From the NCBI GenBank assembly GCA_049510745.1, contig JBEKYR010000001.1, positions 192,001 to 256,000 of the forward strand: a stretch of DNA of 64,000 bases, in the 5' to 3' direction. Origin of the DNA: Verrucomicrobiota bacterium. GTDB taxonomy: Bacteria > Verrucomicrobiota > Verrucomicrobiia > Limisphaerales > Palsa-1400. The notes below the pieces were generated by a model. It saw only the letters and a list, made by a program, of their open reading frames with translations, searched no databases and had not been told where the DNA came from. Shown one piece after another: positions 63,035 through 64,000 of this stretch; the first letter of the stretch is position 1; each line of letters begins with the position of its first letter. Position numbers and translations under genes: made by a program.

Positions 63035-64000
63035 TCAGCTCGAGCCCGGAACAGGTCTTTTGCTGAAGCGTCCGAAGTATTCCAAAATCTGGTCGCGCCA
63101 CTTCGCCGAGTCCGCGGCTTGAATAGCCAGGCGGTCGGCCACTTCCTTATGCCGGCGTGAATCAATTTTGCCGGCGAGTGATTGCCATGTTTTCTGCAAT
63201 GCCGCCGCCTGTTCCGCGCCGTCGTGATACTTGGCGCAAAGTTCGTCCCACAATGTCTTGCCCGACTTCATCCGATAGTCCCACGCACAACGATGAAACC
63301 AAAGGAGAAACTTCTCCGGGCAACTCGCGAGATCATCGAACAGGTCACAAACAGGCGGGAAGTATTGCTCAACCGCGTGGTCGCCCTGCTTCGTTCGATC
63401 GAATCCGATGGCTTTCTCCGAGGCTTGATGATAATAGACCGCCGTCCAGTCGGCTCTCGGTGCGCGATCGTTCCAAGGCATCGGCGCGTAATGCTCGCCG
63501 CCGATCAGATGATGCAGTCCGAGCGGCACGGTGTAATTCACGAAGGTTTCGCGCGAGGACATCATCATGTCGCGGATGACAGCCGCGGTTTTGCCGTCAG
63601 GGGTGAAAGTCAGGCGCGTCCACTCGTCCGCGATTCTTTCGGCGGACGACTCCGGGTTCCACGCCAGCCGTCCGAACGCATACCAATTCGACTGCGAGAA
63701 ATGATGCCCGCACCAGTTGGTGTCCAGTCCGGGATTCGTCACGGAGACCATTCCCGTGATGCAACTCGGATGAATTTTTCCCGCCAGCACTTTGGCGACG
63801 GTTGAGCCGCTGCCCTTCGCGCGCGTGTCCGAGTCCAGAAACTCCTTCCACATCGTGCCGAGATAAACCAGATGTTTGGCCTGGCCGAGATATTCCTGCG
63901 TGGCCTGAATTTCGGCGACGACCGGGGTCTGCTGCATCGCGCCAAACAGCGGATGAAACGGCTCGCGCGGCTGAAAATCAATCGGGCCGTTCTTGACCTG
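63035..64000 (-). CDS. aguA: GH67 alpha-glucuronidase, C-terminal part (runs off the window)
   Basis: QVKNGPIDFQPREP, QEYLGQ, NWCGH, YAFGRLAWNP, LLWFH. Confidence 0.93.
   Translation of the reverse strand, partial: QVKNGPIDFQPREPFHPLFGAMQQTPVVAEIQATQEYLGQAKHLVYLGTMWKEFLDSDTRAKGSGSTVAKVLAGKIHPSCITGMVSVTNPGLDTNWCGHHFSQSNWYAFGRLAWNPESSAERIADEWTRLTFTPDGKTAAVIRDMMMSSRETFVNYTVPLGLHHLIGGEHYAPMPWNDRAPRADWTAVYYHQASEKAIGFDRTKQGDHAVEQYFPPVCDLFDDLASCPEKFLLWFHRCAWDYRMKSGKTLWDELCAKYHDGAEQAAALQKTWQSLAGKIDSRRHKEVADRLAIQAADSAKWRDQILEYFGRFSKRPVPGSS

Overview
GC-rich bacterial DNA, most likely Verrucomicrobiota (inferred from a PVC-type L28 with a KAKKKGGIG insertion, the RpoZ form and the style of secreted proteins). 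Four blocks are visible. (1) 1-22.4 kb: housekeeping genes (ispA, rpoZ, smpB, rpmB, thiL, tsaE, tsaB) plus a BsuBI/PstI-type restriction-modification pair, a higBA/DUF4926 toxin-antitoxin cluster, a two-component system with a TPR-ankyrin protein, and a ~180-bp MITE-like element in the last codons of a glycosyltransferase gene. (2) 23.1-35.9 kb, the main finding: two divergent putative regulators, then one tightly coupled 10-gene operon. It joins a ubiquitin-like cascade (degenerate FHA-RING E3, E1, E2, chaperone-like protein, Ubl ending GG-NHR, JAB protease) to a pupylation module (ARC/Mpa-like AAA ATPase, Dop-like enzyme, Pup-like tag ending GGQ, PafA-like ligase with a TPR-like extension), with no 20S proteasome genes. 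(3) 36.1-43.8 kb: alpha-2-macroglobulin and pbpC. (4) 45-64 kb: a hemicellulose/xylan degradation cluster (GH95, GH51, GH43, GH10, GH67, six esterases, one unassigned secreted protein). All calls come from reading motifs by eye; no database search or computation was run.
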